Positions 38,216 to 48,183 are shown, counted from the stretch's first letter. The stretch: 64,000 nt of DNA from Polyangia bacterium (GCA_036504295.1 DASXVK010000198.1:1581-65580); one strand, 5' to 3'. The notes: generated by a model not told the origin, from the letters alone. Program-made: numbers and translations.

Positions 38216-39378
38216 GAGCGGCGCCCCTTGTGCTCGTCGATCACCTCGCGGTACAGCTCCGCGACCTGGGCCGCGATCGAGGTCCACGAGAAGTACCGCT
38301 CGACGCGCCGGCGGCCGTGCTCGCCGAAGTCCTCGGCCATCTTGCGGTTGCGCAGCAGGGTGTTGATGGCGTCGGCGATGGCCTTCGGGTTCTGCGGCTC
38401 GACCAGCAACCCGGTCTCGCCGTCGACGACGGTCTCGAGGATGCCGCCGACCCGGCTCGCGACGATCGGCGTCTTGCAGGCCATGGCCTCGAGGTTGATG
38501 ATGCCGAAGGGCTCGTACACCGAGGGGCAGGCGAAGACGCGGGCGTGGCTGTACAGCTCCACGTACTGCTCCTCGCGGAGCAGCGAGTTGATCCAGAGGA
38601 CGCGCGGCTCCGCCTTGATCTTCGCGGCGATCTCCTCCTCGATCTCCTTGGTGTCCGGCGCGCTCGTGCAGCAGACGCACCGCACGCCCGGGTCGACGTG
38701 CTTCATCGCGTCGATGAGGTGGACCATGCCCTTCTGCCGCGACGTGCGGCCGACGAAGAGGACGTAGTCACCCTCGATCTCGAAGGCCTTGCGGGTCGCG
38801 TCGGCGTCGATCGGGCGGTAGAGGGCGAGGTCGATGCCGTTGTGGATGATGCGCACCTTCTCGGGCGCGATGTCGAAGTTCTTGAGCACGTCCTCGCGAG
38901 CGCCCTTGGACACGGCGATGACCCGGTCCGCGCGCTCGAGCGCCAGCTTCTCGCTCCAGGTGGAGAGGTGGTAGCTGCGGCCGAGCTGCTCCTCCTTCCA
39001 CGGGCGCAGCGGCTCCAGGCTGTGCGTCGTGCACACGAGGGGCACGTCGTAGAGCACCTTGCCCATGTAGCCGGCGAGGCAGGCGTACCAGGTGTGCGCG
39101 TGGATGATGTCGCCGTCGATGCGGTCGCGCACCATCGCCAGGTCGATCGAGAACGTGCCGAGCGTCGAGTTGAACCGCCGCTCGTCGCCCTCCCACATCC
39201 GGTCCCAGGCCTGGTAGCCGCGGACCTTCAGGTTCGGCTGATCGAGCTTCTGCTCGCCGAAGCAGCGGACCTCGACGTGCATGGTCTTCGCCAGCTCGCG
39301 GGTGAGGAACTTCACGTGCACGCCCGCGCCGCCGTAGACGTGCGGAGGATACTCGTTCGTGATGATCGTGGCCTTCAT
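38212..39378 (-). CDS. glgA: GT4 glycogen synthase of the Corynebacterium/Rv1212c type (GlgA/GlgM; possible maltose-1-phosphate synthase)
   Basis: MKATIITNEYPPHVYGGAGVHVKFLTRELAK...HAHTWYA...FVGRTSRQKG...CPSVYEPFGIINLEAMAC.TPIVAS.VGGI.E.V.DGETG. Confidence 0.9.
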
Positions 39379-39455
39379 CGTCGCCTCAGAATGGATGCGG
39401 CCTCGGCTAAGCCTGCGGCCGCATACCTCGCTCGCTTCGCTCGCTCGCCATCTAC

Positions 39456-40748
39456 CTAGCGCGTCGGCATGCGGACCGTGCTGCCCGACGGCACGGGCCC
39501 CTCGGCGAGCACCTCGGGCCCGGCCTTGGGGTAGATGATGACGTTGCGGCCGACCGTGAGCGCCGGCGGCACCTCCACGTCCATGCCGAGGATCGTGACG
39601 CCGCTCGTCAGCGACCCGGGCTGCTCGTCGTTGGGCGGGGCCTCGTCGGCGAGGCCGGCGCCGACCCGCGCGCCGGCGCCGATGACGCAGCGCTTGTCGC
39701 AGATGACGCGGTCGACGACGGCGTTGTCGCCGACGACGCACTTGTCCCACAGGATGGAGTTGCGCACGACGGCGCCGGGCCCGACGACCACGTCGGGGGA
39801 CAAGATCGAGTGCTCGACGCGGCCGTGGATCTGGCAGCCGCCCGCGATGAGCGACTCGACCACCTCGGCGCGCGCGTACGTGCGCGTGGGCGGCGGGGGC
39901 GCGGCGCGGCGCATCATCGGGTTCGTGCGCACGTCCCAGCTGTTGAGGTCGATCTTCGGCTCGGGCCCGAGCAGCTCCTGGTGGGCGGCGTAGTAGGCGT
40001 CGAGGGTGCGGGCGTACTCCCACGGGCCGTAGTGGATCCAGCCGAACGCGCGCCGGTGCTGCATCATGTGGGGCAGGATCTCGTCGTAGATCTGGTAGGT
40101 CTTGCGCCCCTCGGGGGGCATCTCGGCGTGGCGCCGGAGCTCCTCGACGAGCACCTCGCGCTTGAAGACGTACACCGTCATCGACGCGAGGTTCGTGCGC
40201 GGGTACTTCGGCTTCTCCATGTAGCTCATGATCCGCCCCTCGGCGTTCAGCTCGGCGATGCCGAAGCGCGAGGGGTTGACCTCGACGGGCGTGAAGGCGA
40301 GCGTCACGTCGGCGTCGCGCTCCCGGTGGAAGCGGAGCAGGGGCGTGTAGTCCATGCTGTAGGCGTGGTCGCCCGAGACGATGAGCACGTCGTCGGGGCG
40401 GTGCAGCGTGAGGAAGTCGAGGTTCTGGTAGAGCGCGTCGGCGGTGCCGCGGTACCAGTCGGCGTGATCGGGGCCGATGTGCGGCGGCAGGAAGCGGATG
40501 CCGCGCTGGTTGCCGACGAAGTCCCAGGGCAGCCCGATGCCGACGTGGTCCATGAGCGACGACGGCCGGTACTGCGACAGGATGCCGACGTGGTTGATCC
40601 CCGCGGTGCGGGCGAGGTTCGTGAGGGCGAAGTCGATCATCCGGTAGGTGCCGCCGAAGATGACGGCGCTCTTGGGCCGCCAGAACGTGAGGACGGACAT
40701 CTCCTCGGCGCGACCACCGGCGAAGACGATGGCTACGGTCGACCGCAT
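39456..40748 (-). CDS. glgC: Glucose-1-phosphate adenylyltransferase
   Basis: Internal ATG 40748 (MRSTVAIVFAGGRAEEMSVLTFWRPKSAVIFGGTYRMIDFALTNL...GILSQYRPSSL...WYRGTADA...SGDHAY). The C-terminal region is a left-handed beta-helix. Confidence 0.9.
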   Translation of the reverse strand: MRSTVAIVFAGGRAEEMSVLTFWRPKSAVIFGGTYRMIDFALTNLARTAGINHVGILSQYRPSSLMDHVGIGLPWDFVGNQRGIRFLPPHIGPDHADWYRGTADALYQNLDFLTLHRPDDVLIVSGDHAYSMDYTPLLRFHRERDADVTLAFTPVEVNPSRFGIAELNAEGRIMSYMEKPKYPRTNLASMTVYVFKREVLVEELRRHAEMPPEGRKTYQIYDEILPHMMQHRRAFGWIHYGPWEYARTLDAYYAAHQELLGPEPKIDLNSWDVRTNPMMRRAAPPPPTRTYARAEVVESLIAGGCQIHGRVEHSILSPDVVVGPGAVVRNSILWDKCVVGDNAVVDRVICDKRCVIGAGARVGAGLADEAPPNDEQPGSLTSGVTILGMDVEVPPALTVGRNVIIYPKAGPEVLAEGPVPSGSTVRMPTR

Positions 40749-40865
40749 GTCGGCAACTCCTCTCACATGGCCGGCGCCGAGTGTAGCGGCGCGGCGGGGC
40801 GACATGCAACAAGGTACCGCGGGGCAGGGGGGGCGCAAGCCGGCGCGGGCGGGGTGGCGGGGCGC

Positions 40866-43800
40866 CTACGGCAGCTCGCCGCCCGGCGGCGCGCCCACCG
40901 GCTCCGTCCACGCCGCGAGCGCGCCCACGGCGGCGGCCAGCCGCGCCGCGTCCACCGGCTTCGCGAGGTGCAGCTGGAACCCGGCCTGCAGCGCCCGGCG
41001 CCGGTCCTCGTCGCTCGCCAGCGCCGTGAGCGCGGCCGCGGGGACCGCGCCGCCCTGCTCCGGCGCGCGGCGCCGCACCTTGCGGATGAAGCCGTAGCCA
41101 TCCTCGCCGGGCATCGCGATGTCGCAGAGGATCACCTGCGGCGGGGACGCCGCGAAGGCGGCCAGGCCGGCGGCGGCCGAGGGGGCGGCCGTGACCCGGG
41201 CGCCGAGTTGCTCCAGCATCAGCACGAAGGACTCGCGCGCGTCGTCCTCATCCTCGACGACGAGCACGCGCACGCCGGTGATGTCGCGCGCGACCAGCCG
41301 GGGCGCGCCGCGCACCCGCGTCCGCGCGGCCGCGCCGAGCGGCAGCGTGACGCGGAAGGTCGCGCCCTGCCCCTCACCCGGGCTCTCGGCCTGGACCTCG
41401 CCGCCATGCACCTCCACGAGGTGGCGCACGATCGACAGCCCGAGGCCCAGGCCGCCGTGGGTCCGCGTCACCGAGCTGTCGGCCTGGACGAACTGCGAGA
41501 AGATCTGCGGCAGCACCTCGGGGCGGATGCCCATGCCGGAGTCCGCGACCGTGATCTGCGCCCGCTCGCCCTGGCGCTCGAGGCGCAGCGCGACCCGGCC
41601 GCCGTGGGGGGTGAACTTGATGGCGTTGGTGAGCAGGTTGCCCACCACCTGATGCAGGCGGGTGGCGTCGCCGTAGACGGTCTCGACGGCGTCGTCCAGC
41701 GCGACCTCGAACGTGATGGACTTGGCCTCCGCGGCCGGCCGGGCCACGTCGGCGGCGCTCTGGACGGTCTCCTTGAGATCGACCGCGCCCAGGTCGAGCA
41801 GGAGCTTGCCCGAGACGATGCGCGACACGTCCAGCAGGTCCTCGATCAGCTTGGCCTGGGTGGTGGCCGAGCGCTCGATCGCGGCGCTCGCCCGCGCGAG
41901 GCGCGGATCCTCGACCGCTAGCCGCCTGAGGATCTGCGACTGGATCACCATGGTGCTGAGCGGCGTGCGCAGCTCGTGGGAGAGGGTCGCGAGAAAGAGG
42001 TCCTTCGCGCGATTGGCCCGCTCGGCCTCGAGGCGCGCCTGCGTCTCGGACGCGAGCAGCTGCACCCGCTCCGCTTCGAGCGCGCGGAGCGCCGTGACGT
42101 CATCGATGGCGAGCAGGAACATCGGGGCGCCCCCGCTCCACAGGATCGGGCGGCCGGTCAATGCCAGGACCTTGCGCCCGGCGCGCGGCAGCTCGACCGT
42201 GAGCTCGAGCGCCGCGAGCCGCGCGGGCCCGGTCACCGCCTCCGTCAGCGCGCTCCGCGCGGCGGGCTGGTCCAGCACGCCCGCGCCGACCGCGAAGAGG
42301 CTCACGCCCGCGGGGGCCTCCGGCGCCAGTGCGAGCGTCTCGTCGAAGGCGTGGTTCGCCGTCACGACCCGCAGGTCGGAGTCGAGCACGACCAGCGCCG
42401 TCGTCACCGTCTCCACGATGCTCCGCGCGTAGTCGCGGGCACCCTCGGCGTCGTTCAGCGCGTGCTTGAGCAGGTCGATGTCGACGAACGACAGGACGGC
42501 GCCGTCGAGCCGGTTGTCGGCGGTGCGGTACGGCCGGATCTGCAGGCGGAACCAGCGGTCCTCCGGCCCCTGGATCTCCCACTCCTTCGGCGTGACGGTG
42601 GTCACGACCTCGCGGACGCGGTCGGCCAGGTCGTCCACCTTGACCTTGAGCTTGAGATCGCCGATCGGCCGGCCCACGTCCCCGGGGATGAAGCTCGCGA
42701 TCTCGCGCACCGTCGGGGTGAACCGGCGCACCCGCAGCTCCAGGTCGACGATGATCACGGGGATCTCGACGCTGGCGAGGACGTTCACGAGGTCGTTGGC
42801 GAGCCGGTCGAGCTCCGCGTTGCGGCTCCGCAGCTCGTCGTTGACCGTGCCCAGCTCCTCGTTCGTGGACTGCAGCTCCTCCTTGGCGCTCTGCAGCTCC
42901 TCGTTCGCACTCTGGAGCTCCTCGTTCGCGGCGATCAGCTCCTCGTTCGTGGCGGCGAGCTCGTCGGTCGCGCTCTGATGCTCGCCGATGAGCGCCTGGA
43001 GGTAGTCCTTGGTCGCGACGAGCTCGGCCTTGTGCCGGCGCGCCTCCTCGCCCTCCTCCGGTGGCGGCGCGGGCGCGGCCGCCGGGGCCGCGACCACGGC
43101 GGGGCGCGGCTCCGGCTCCTCGAAGAGGATGAGGAAGAAGCGCTCCGTCGCGCCCGCGACCCCCGCCAGCGGCACGACCTCGAGGTCCACGCTGCGCTGG
43201 CCGGCCGCCGTCTGCACCCGGACGCCGTCCCGGCGCACCGTGACCGACTCGGCCCGGGCGCGCTCGAGCGCCTCGTGCAGGTGGGCCGCGAGCCCCTCGC
43301 GCGCCAGCCGCAGCACGTGGGCCTCGGGCTGGCCGGGCGGCGACTCCAGGTACGCGCCGGTGCGCCCGCGATACTGGATCACCTCCAGCCGCTCGTTCAC
43401 GACCACCCCGGGCGGGGCAAACCGGGTCAGGAGCAGGTGGTCGGCCTGGCGCTGCGCCTCGCGGGCGGGCTGGCGCCGGTCGACGGGGACCGCCGGCGAC
43501 AGGTTGACCTCCACCTCGCGGCCCGCCGCGAGCGGGTACACGAAGCGCGTGCTCTCGCCCGTCTTGACGAAGATCCGCTGGCCCTTGTCCACCGGCGCGA
43601 AGAGGTCGCTGAAGCCGGTGAGCGCCTCGCTGCGGCCGAGGAACAGGTAGCCCGGCGTGTCCAGGCAGTAGTGCAGCAGGGGGATCACCCGGCGCTGCAG
43701 CTCCGCGTCGAAGTAGATGAGCACGTTGCGGCAGCTGATGAGGTCGAGCCGGGCGAAGGGCGGGTCGCGCGTGAGGTCGTGCTTCACGAAGACGCAGAGG

Positions 43801-45020
43801 TCGCGGACGCGCTGGCCGACGCGGTACCCGCCCTCGGCGCGCTCGAAGAACCGCGCCAGCCGCTCCGGCGACACCGCGGCCAGGGCCGCCTCCGGGTAGC
43901 GGCCGAGCCGCGCCGTCGCGATGGCGGCGTCGCTCAGGTCCGAGCCGAAGAGCTTGATGGCGAAACGGTCCGCCTGGTCGGCGAGGGCCTCGAGCAGGCA
44001 GATGGCGATGGCGTAGGCCTCCTCGCCGGTCGCGCAGCCCGGCACCCAGATGCGGATCGCGGCGCCATCGCGCTTGCGCTCCGCCAGCGGCCGGAGGACG
44101 TGCTGCGTGAGCGCCTCGAACGCGGCCGGGTCGCGGAAGAACGAGGTGACATGGATGAGCATGTCCTGCGCCAGGGCCCGGACCTCGCCCGGGTCATCGT
44201 GCAGGACGCGCGCGTACTCGCCGAGCCGGGCCACGCGGCGGAGCGCCATGCGCCGCTCGATGCGCCGCAGCACCGTGGTCTGCTTGTAGCCGCTGAAGTC
44301 GACGCCCGCGTGCTGGCGCACCAGCGCGAGCAGCGCCGCCAGCTCGCTCTCCTCGTCCGGCGCAGGCTCCGCCGCGCCCCCCTCGGCGCGGCCGGCGTCG
44401 GCCAGGTAGGCATGCCGGCTCAGCCGGGCGAGCTCCGCGGCGATCGCGGCGGGCGGGCCCCGGAAATCGACCACCCCGGCGCCGATCGCGCTCTCGGGCA
44501 TGCTGGTGAACTCCGCCGTCTCCGGGGCCTGCGCCAGGGCGATGCCCCCCTCGGCCTTGATGGCCCGCAGCCCCTCGGTCCCGTCGGCGCCCGAGCCCGA
44601 CAGCACGACGCCGATGGCGCGGCTGTGCAGCTCCCCGGCCAGCGCGCGGAAGAAGGCGTCGATCGGCAGGTGGAGCTGGCCGGTGCGCTGCCGCGGCACG
44701 AGCGTGAGGACGCCGTCGTGCACGCCGAGATCGGCGCCCGCCGGGATGACGTGGACCCGATCCGGCGCCGGCCGCATCCCGCTCTCCACCTCCACGACCG
44801 GGAGCCGGGTCACCCCGCGCAGGACCTGCGTCAGCATGCTCGGCCGGTCCGGATCCAGGTGCTGGATCACGACGTAGGCCATGCCGGAGTCGGCCGGCAG
44901 GTGGGCAAAGAGCTGCCGCAGCGCCTCGAGCCCGCCCGCGGAGGCGCCGAGCCCGACGATGGGGAAGGGCGCCGTGGCGTCGTGGCTGGCGGTCGTTGGC
45001 GTGTGCTCGATCTCGTCCAC
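40866..45020 (-). CDS. CheB methylesterase-CheR methyltransferase-PAS-HisKA-HATPase-REC multidomain signalling protein
   Basis: Tentative GTG 45020 start; upstream of it the track ORF is junk. CheB core: IVGLGASAGGLEAL...VVIQHLDP...VLSGSGADGT. CheR: RIWVPGCATGEEAY, CRNVLIYF. Coiled coil: NEELQSANEELQSAKEELQSTNEEL. PAS regions. H-box ATLSHELRTPL. HATPase: DSGMGI, GGLGLGL. Receiver: VLVVEDEDD...ILCDIAMPGEDG...AKP. Confidence 0.9.
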   Translation of the reverse strand: MDEIEHTPTTASHDATAPFPIVGLGASAGGLEALRQLFAHLPADSGMAYVVIQHLDPDRPSMLTQVLRGVTRLPVVEVESGMRPAPDRVHVIPAGADLGVHDGVLTLVPRQRTGQLHLPIDAFFRALAGELHSRAIGVVLSGSGADGTEGLRAIKAEGGIALAQAPETAEFTSMPESAIGAGVVDFRGPPAAIAAELARLSRHAYLADAGRAEGGAAEPAPDEESELAALLALVRQHAGVDFSGYKQTTVLRRIERRMALRRVARLGEYARVLHDDPGEVRALAQDMLIHVTSFFRDPAAFEALTQHVLRPLAERKRDGAAIRIWVPGCATGEEAYAIAICLLEALADQADRFAIKLFGSDLSDAAIATARLGRYPEAALAAVSPERLARFFERAEGGYRVGQRVRDLCVFVKHDLTRDPPFARLDLISCRNVLIYFDAELQRRVIPLLHYCLDTPGYLFLGRSEALTGFSDLFAPVDKGQRIFVKTGESTRFVYPLAAGREVEVNLSPAVPVDRRQPAREAQRQADHLLLTRFAPPGVVVNERLEVIQYRGRTGAYLESPPGQPEAHVLRLAREGLAAHLHEALERARAESVTVRRDGVRVQTAAGQRSVDLEVVPLAGVAGATERFFLILFEEPEPRPAVVAAPAAAPAPPPEEGEEARRHKAELVATKDYLQALIGEHQSATDELAATNEELIAANEELQSANEELQSAKEELQSTNEELGTVNDELRSRNAELDRLANDLVNVLASVEIPVIIVDLELRVRRFTPTVREIASFIPGDVGRPIGDLKLKVKVDDLADRVREVVTTVTPKEWEIQGPEDRWFRLQIRPYRTADNRLDGAVLSFVDIDLLKHALNDAEGARDYARSIVETVTTALVVLDSDLRVVTANHAFDETLALAPEAPAGVSLFAVGAGVLDQPAARSALTEAVTGPARLAALELTVELPRAGRKVLALTGRPILWSGGAPMFLLAIDDVTALRALEAERVQLLASETQARLEAERANRAKDLFLATLSHELRTPLSTMVIQSQILRRLAVEDPRLARASAAIERSATTQAKLIEDLLDVSRIVSGKLLLDLGAVDLKETVQSAADVARPAAEAKSITFEVALDDAVETVYGDATRLHQVVGNLLTNAIKFTPHGGRVALRLERQGERAQITVADSGMGIRPEVLPQIFSQFVQADSSVTRTHGGLGLGLSIVRHLVEVHGGEVQAESPGEGQGATFRVTLPLGAAARTRVRGAPRLVARDITGVRVLVVEDEDDARESFVLMLEQLGARVTAAPSAAAGLAAFAASPPQVILCDIAMPGEDGYGFIRKVRRRAPEQGGAVPAAALTALASDEDRRRALQAGFQLHLAKPVDAARLAAAVGALAAWTEPVGAPPGGELP

Positions 45021-45223
45021 TGGGCCCCCGCTCTGCGCGTCTCGGTCTGGGCCCCGGATGGCACAGCGCTCTGTGCTATGCGCCCCGGCGCACGCTGACG
45101 CAAGCGTCTCGGTGCATCGTGTTGGATGCGGTCGGCGGGGGCGCGCGCACGGATGGAGCTGCGGCGCTCGGCGGGCGCTCGACACGCCGCGGCTGATCGC
45201 GGCATCTCACGCGAGCCCACGCC

Positions 45224-45239
45224 TGGCTCGGCGCTTGCT
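45224..45239 (+). promoter_or_regulatory. Candidate sigma-54 (-24/-12) promoter upstream of the ECF sigma factor gene
   Basis: TGGCTCggcgcTTGCT. It has one mismatch to TGGCAC-N5-TTGCW and correct GG-N10-GC spacing. It lies 42 nt upstream of ATG 45281. Confidence 0.4.
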
Positions 45240-45280
45240 TGTTCGCGAGCGGGGCCTCTGCGCAGAAGGGAACGACGATC

Positions 45281-45868
45281 ATGGCGCGCCAGGCAGTGGC
45301 AGCGGAGCTCAAGCAGGTCCGGTTCACCCAGCGGGAGCGCGAGTTCGTCTACGGGGTCGCGCTCAAGTACGTCCGGAACGAGGACGACGCCCACGACGTC
45401 GCCCAGGAGGCCATGATCCTCGCGTTCCGCTGCCAGGGCTCGTTCCGGGGCGACAGCCGCTTCACCACCTGGCTCTACCGCATCGCGGCCACGACCGCGC
45501 TCATGCACCTGCGCCGGCAGCGGCGCCGCCAGCCGGTCACGGGGGCCTCGCTCGACGACCTCGACCGCGCCGAGGCCGAGCCCGCGGCGCGCGATAGCTC
45601 CCCCGAGGAGCGGGCGGCGGCGAACGAGGAGGTGCGCGGCTGCCACGCCCGCCTCGACCAGATGGGCGCGCGGTACCAAGAGGTGTTCCGCCTGCGCTTC
45701 ATCGAGGGCCACAGCGAGAGCGAGATCGCCAGCCGCCTCGGGTTGACCGCCGCGAACGTGAAGACCCGCGCCTACCGCGCCCGCACCTTCCTCCGCGGGC
45801 GCACCACGCCGCCGACGCCGCGTCGCTGCGCTGCGGGCCTCGAGCCGGCATGCAGCTCGCGTCGATGA
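45281..45868 (+). CDS. ECF-type sigma-70-family RNA polymerase sigma factor
   Basis: ATG 45281 is preceded by GAAGGGA. Region 2 reads DDAHDVAQEAMILAF...FRGDSRFTTWLYRIA.N; region 4 reads YQEVFRLRFIEGHSESEIASRLGLTAANVKTRAYRAR. Confidence 0.85.
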   Translation: MARQAVAAELKQVRFTQREREFVYGVALKYVRNEDDAHDVAQEAMILAFRCQGSFRGDSRFTTWLYRIAATTALMHLRRQRRRQPVTGASLDDLDRAEAEPAARDSSPEERAAANEEVRGCHARLDQMGARYQEVFRLRFIEGHSESEIASRLGLTAANVKTRAYRARTFLRGRTTPPTPRRCAAGLEPACSSRR

Positions 45869-45920
45869 TCGCTCACCTCAGGGGGGCAGCACACGTCAGT
45901 GGAAGGGACAGACAGCAGCC

Positions 45921-46217
45921 ATGGGAACCAAGCTCTACGTCGGGAATCTCTCCTACAATGCCAACGAGGACTCGCTCCGCGCCGCCTTTGCGGCCGACGG
46001 CCGCACGGTCGCGGAGGTCAAGATCATCACCGACCGTGACACCGGCCAGCCGCGCGGGTTCGCCTTCGTCACGATGGCCACGCCCGCCGACGCCAACGCG
46101 GCGATCACCGCGCTCGATGGTCGTGAGGTCGACGGTCGCGCGCTCAAGGTGAGCGAGGCCCAGGAGCGCGGCGCCAACAACGGCGGCGGGGGGCGCGGCG
46201 GCTTCGGGCGCCGGTAG
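45921..46217 (+). CDS. RRM-type RNA-binding protein with a Gly/Arg tail
   Basis: RNP2 KLYVGNL and RNP1 RGFAFVTM, with the C-terminal tail NNGGGGRGGFGRR. Confidence 0.9.
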   Translation: MGTKLYVGNLSYNANEDSLRAAFAADGRTVAEVKIITDRDTGQPRGFAFVTMATPADANAAITALDGREVDGRALKVSEAQERGANNGGGGRGGFGRR

Positions 46218-46234
46218 ACGACCTCCGCCCTCGC

Positions 46235-46525
46235 TCACCCCCCCGCCTGACGCTCCAGCGCCCGGAACGCGACCACGAGCTCGTTCCAGGCGCGCGCGAT
46301 GCCGCCGCCGAAGCGCCGCCATTTCCAGCTGCCCGCCGCGCGGAGCTCGTCGAGCCGCGCCTGCGCCGCCGCCCGCTTCGCCTTCAGCTCGTCGATGCGC
46401 TGGCGTTGGTCGCCCACGACCCGCGCGCCCGAGCTCGCCGCCCGGGCCACGAGCTCGTCGATCTTGACGCTCCACCGCTGGAGCTGCGCGTCGATCTTCT
46501 CCAGGTTCCTCTCGGTCGCTACCAT
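46235..46525 (-). CDS. Small coiled-coil protein, unknown function
   Basis: 96 aa with a heptad-like sequence (LEKIDAQLQRWSVKIDELVARA...RIDELKAKRAAAQARLDELRAAG). GC3 is high. Confidence 0.6.
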   Translation of the reverse strand: MVATERNLEKIDAQLQRWSVKIDELVARAASSGARVVGDQRQRIDELKAKRAAAQARLDELRAAGSWKWRRFGGGIARAWNELVVAFRALERQAGG

Positions 46526-46555
46526 GACGCACTTCCTTTCGCTCGCTGCGGATCT

Positions 46556-46930
46556 TCACGCCGCCCGGCGCTCGCGCGCCCGCGCCGGCTTCAGGCCGAG
46601 CAGGACCAGCACCGTCTCACGCAGACGCGTGAGCGACGTGTCGCACGCGTAGTACGCGTCGGCCCCAGCGGCGATGGCTCGGCGGGCGAGCTCCCCGTCG
46701 CTGGTCGGGAGAACCGCGATGACGGGAGCTCCACGCGCGCGTTCCCGCGCGACGGCGAGGCGCAGGATCACATGCCCGCGCTCGACGGCGACCAGGAGGA
46801 CGTCGGGCGGGGGCTCCTCCAGCAGCGCGACCCCCAGGCGGAAGCCCAGACCCCGGAGCACCTGCGCCAGGATGCCCGAGCACGGCTCGTCCCCGTCAGC
46901 CACCCACGCAGCCTGGCGCTCGTCGCGCAT
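46556..46930 (-). CDS. Receiver-like (probably non-phosphorylatable) single-domain protein
   Basis: 124 aa with a CheY-like pattern (VADGDE...PDVLLVAVERG...PVIAVLPTSDGELARRAIAAGADAYY). The position of the phospho-acceptor Asp reads VAVE, and the conserved Lys region reads YACD. Confidence 0.45.
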   Translation of the reverse strand: MRDERQAAWVADGDEPCSGILAQVLRGLGFRLGVALLEEPPPDVLLVAVERGHVILRLAVARERARGAPVIAVLPTSDGELARRAIAAGADAYYACDTSLTRLRETVLVLLGLKPARARERRAA

Positions 46931-47127
46931 GACACACCTCGCTCATGCAAGGTCGGCGCCAGGCGAGGACCACCTGCGGAGCAGCGCTGCCGCGACCTCG
47001 ATGGGGGAAATTTGCCGCGCCGGTGCGCGTATCGTCTGAGCCCGCACCGTTGCAGATCGCCAGACCGGAGCCGCAGTCCGCCACGGTGCCCGGCGCCGGG
47101 CGTTGCCCCGTCGCTGCACGCCCGCGC

Positions 47128-48183
47128 TCAGGCGGGGAGCGAGTGGCGCAGGATTCGCTTCACCACGCCCGTGAACTGCGCGCCGAAGCTGCCGGTGTTG
47201 TAGGGCACGTCGTGCTTCTCGCAGATCGCGCGCACCTGCGGCGCCAGCTCGCGGTACCGCCACGCGGGGAGGTGGGGGAACAGGTGGTGCTCGATCTGAT
47301 AATTGAGGTGGCCGCTCATGAGGCTGAGCAGCTGGCTCCCCTCGAAATCGCTGCTCCCCAGCACCTGCCGGAGATACCACGAGTCGGTGCCGTGCTCCGC
47401 CGCCTCCTCCGCCGAGAAGGTGTGGGCCCGCGCGGTGAAATGGCCGCAGTAGATCACGCTGGCCGCAAACACGTTGCGGATGACGGCGGCGAGCAGGTTC
47501 CCGAGGAGGATCTTCGGCGCCAGGACGCCCCCCGCCGCCGGGTACAGCAGGTAGTTCTTGCACGCGAGCGGCACTGATTTCCTGACGAACGGTCGCAGGC
47601 GCCGCACGGCCGACCTGAGCCACCCCGGGCCGGCGGCGGCGCGGGCGCTGGTCAGGATGCCGGTCACGAAGAGCCCGATCGAGGCGTCGAACGCGAGGAA
47701 CGTCGCCGCCACGCCCGCGATCTGCGCGACGTGCAGGGGCGACCAGGCGTCCTCGGCGGTCATGCGGAACCCGCCGTAGCCGAGGTCGGGGTCCTGGCCC
47801 CGGATGTTGGTGTAGCGATGGTGCAACCCGTTGTGCTCGTCACGCCATTGCGCTTCGTCGACGGCGAAGTCCCACCGGTACGTCTTGGACGCGAACTTCG
47901 GGTCGCGCATCCAATCGTACTGTCCGTGCAACACGTTGTGCCCCAGCTCCATGTTGTCGAGCACGTTGTGCGCGGCGAGCAGCAGCACGCCCGTCGACCA
48001 GCTCAGCGGCTCGAGGCTCGCGTGGATGAGGACGCGGCCGAGGAGCTCGCAGAGGCGTGAGACGCGCGCGGTGCCGCGGATGTGATCGCCGTCGGCCGCG
48101 CCGAGCCGGGCCGTCGCGGCCGTGCGCAGCGCGTCGAGCTCGGCGCGAAACGCGTGCAGGTTGTCGGTGCTGAGCTGCAACAT
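47128..48183 (-). CDS. Membrane fatty-acid (acyl-CoA/acyl-lipid) desaturase
   Basis: 351 aa with three His boxes: HNVLH, HNGLHH and QIEHH. Confidence 0.9.
   Translation of the reverse strand: MLQLSTDNLHAFRAELDALRTAATARLGAADGDHIRGTARVSRLCELLGRVLIHASLEPLSWSTGVLLLAAHNVLDNMELGHNVLHGQYDWMRDPKFASKTYRWDFAVDEAQWRDEHNGLHHRYTNIRGQDPDLGYGGFRMTAEDAWSPLHVAQIAGVAATFLAFDASIGLFVTGILTSARAAAGPGWLRSAVRRLRPFVRKSVPLACKNYLLYPAAGGVLAPKILLGNLLAAVIRNVFAASVIYCGHFTARAHTFSAEEAAEHGTDSWYLRQVLGSSDFEGSQLLSLMSGHLNYQIEHHLFPHLPAWRYRELAPQVRAICEKHDVPYNTGSFGAQFTGVVKRILRHSLPA

Noticed and set aside
40790-40815. Sigma-54-like element upstream of glgC (minus strand cGGTACcttgtTGCAt)
   Set aside because: The GG-to-GC spacing is 9 nt rather than the required 10, and the -24 box is poor.
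45059-45073. TGGCAC hexamer on the plus strand upstream of the ECF sigma gene
   Set aside because: It is followed by agcgcTCTG, not TTGC, at the -12 position. It is better explained as part of the GCACAG-cgct-CTGTGC palindrome.
41976-45098. 1040-aa plus-strand ORF opposite the CheB/CheR-kinase gene, and similar shadows (36284-38767 opposite glgE, 32041-34086 and 28170-29957 opposite the EBP and kinase genes, 18171-20822 opposite the lipoprotein)
   Set aside because: These are antisense to genes with strong family motifs, and they have no motifs of their own.
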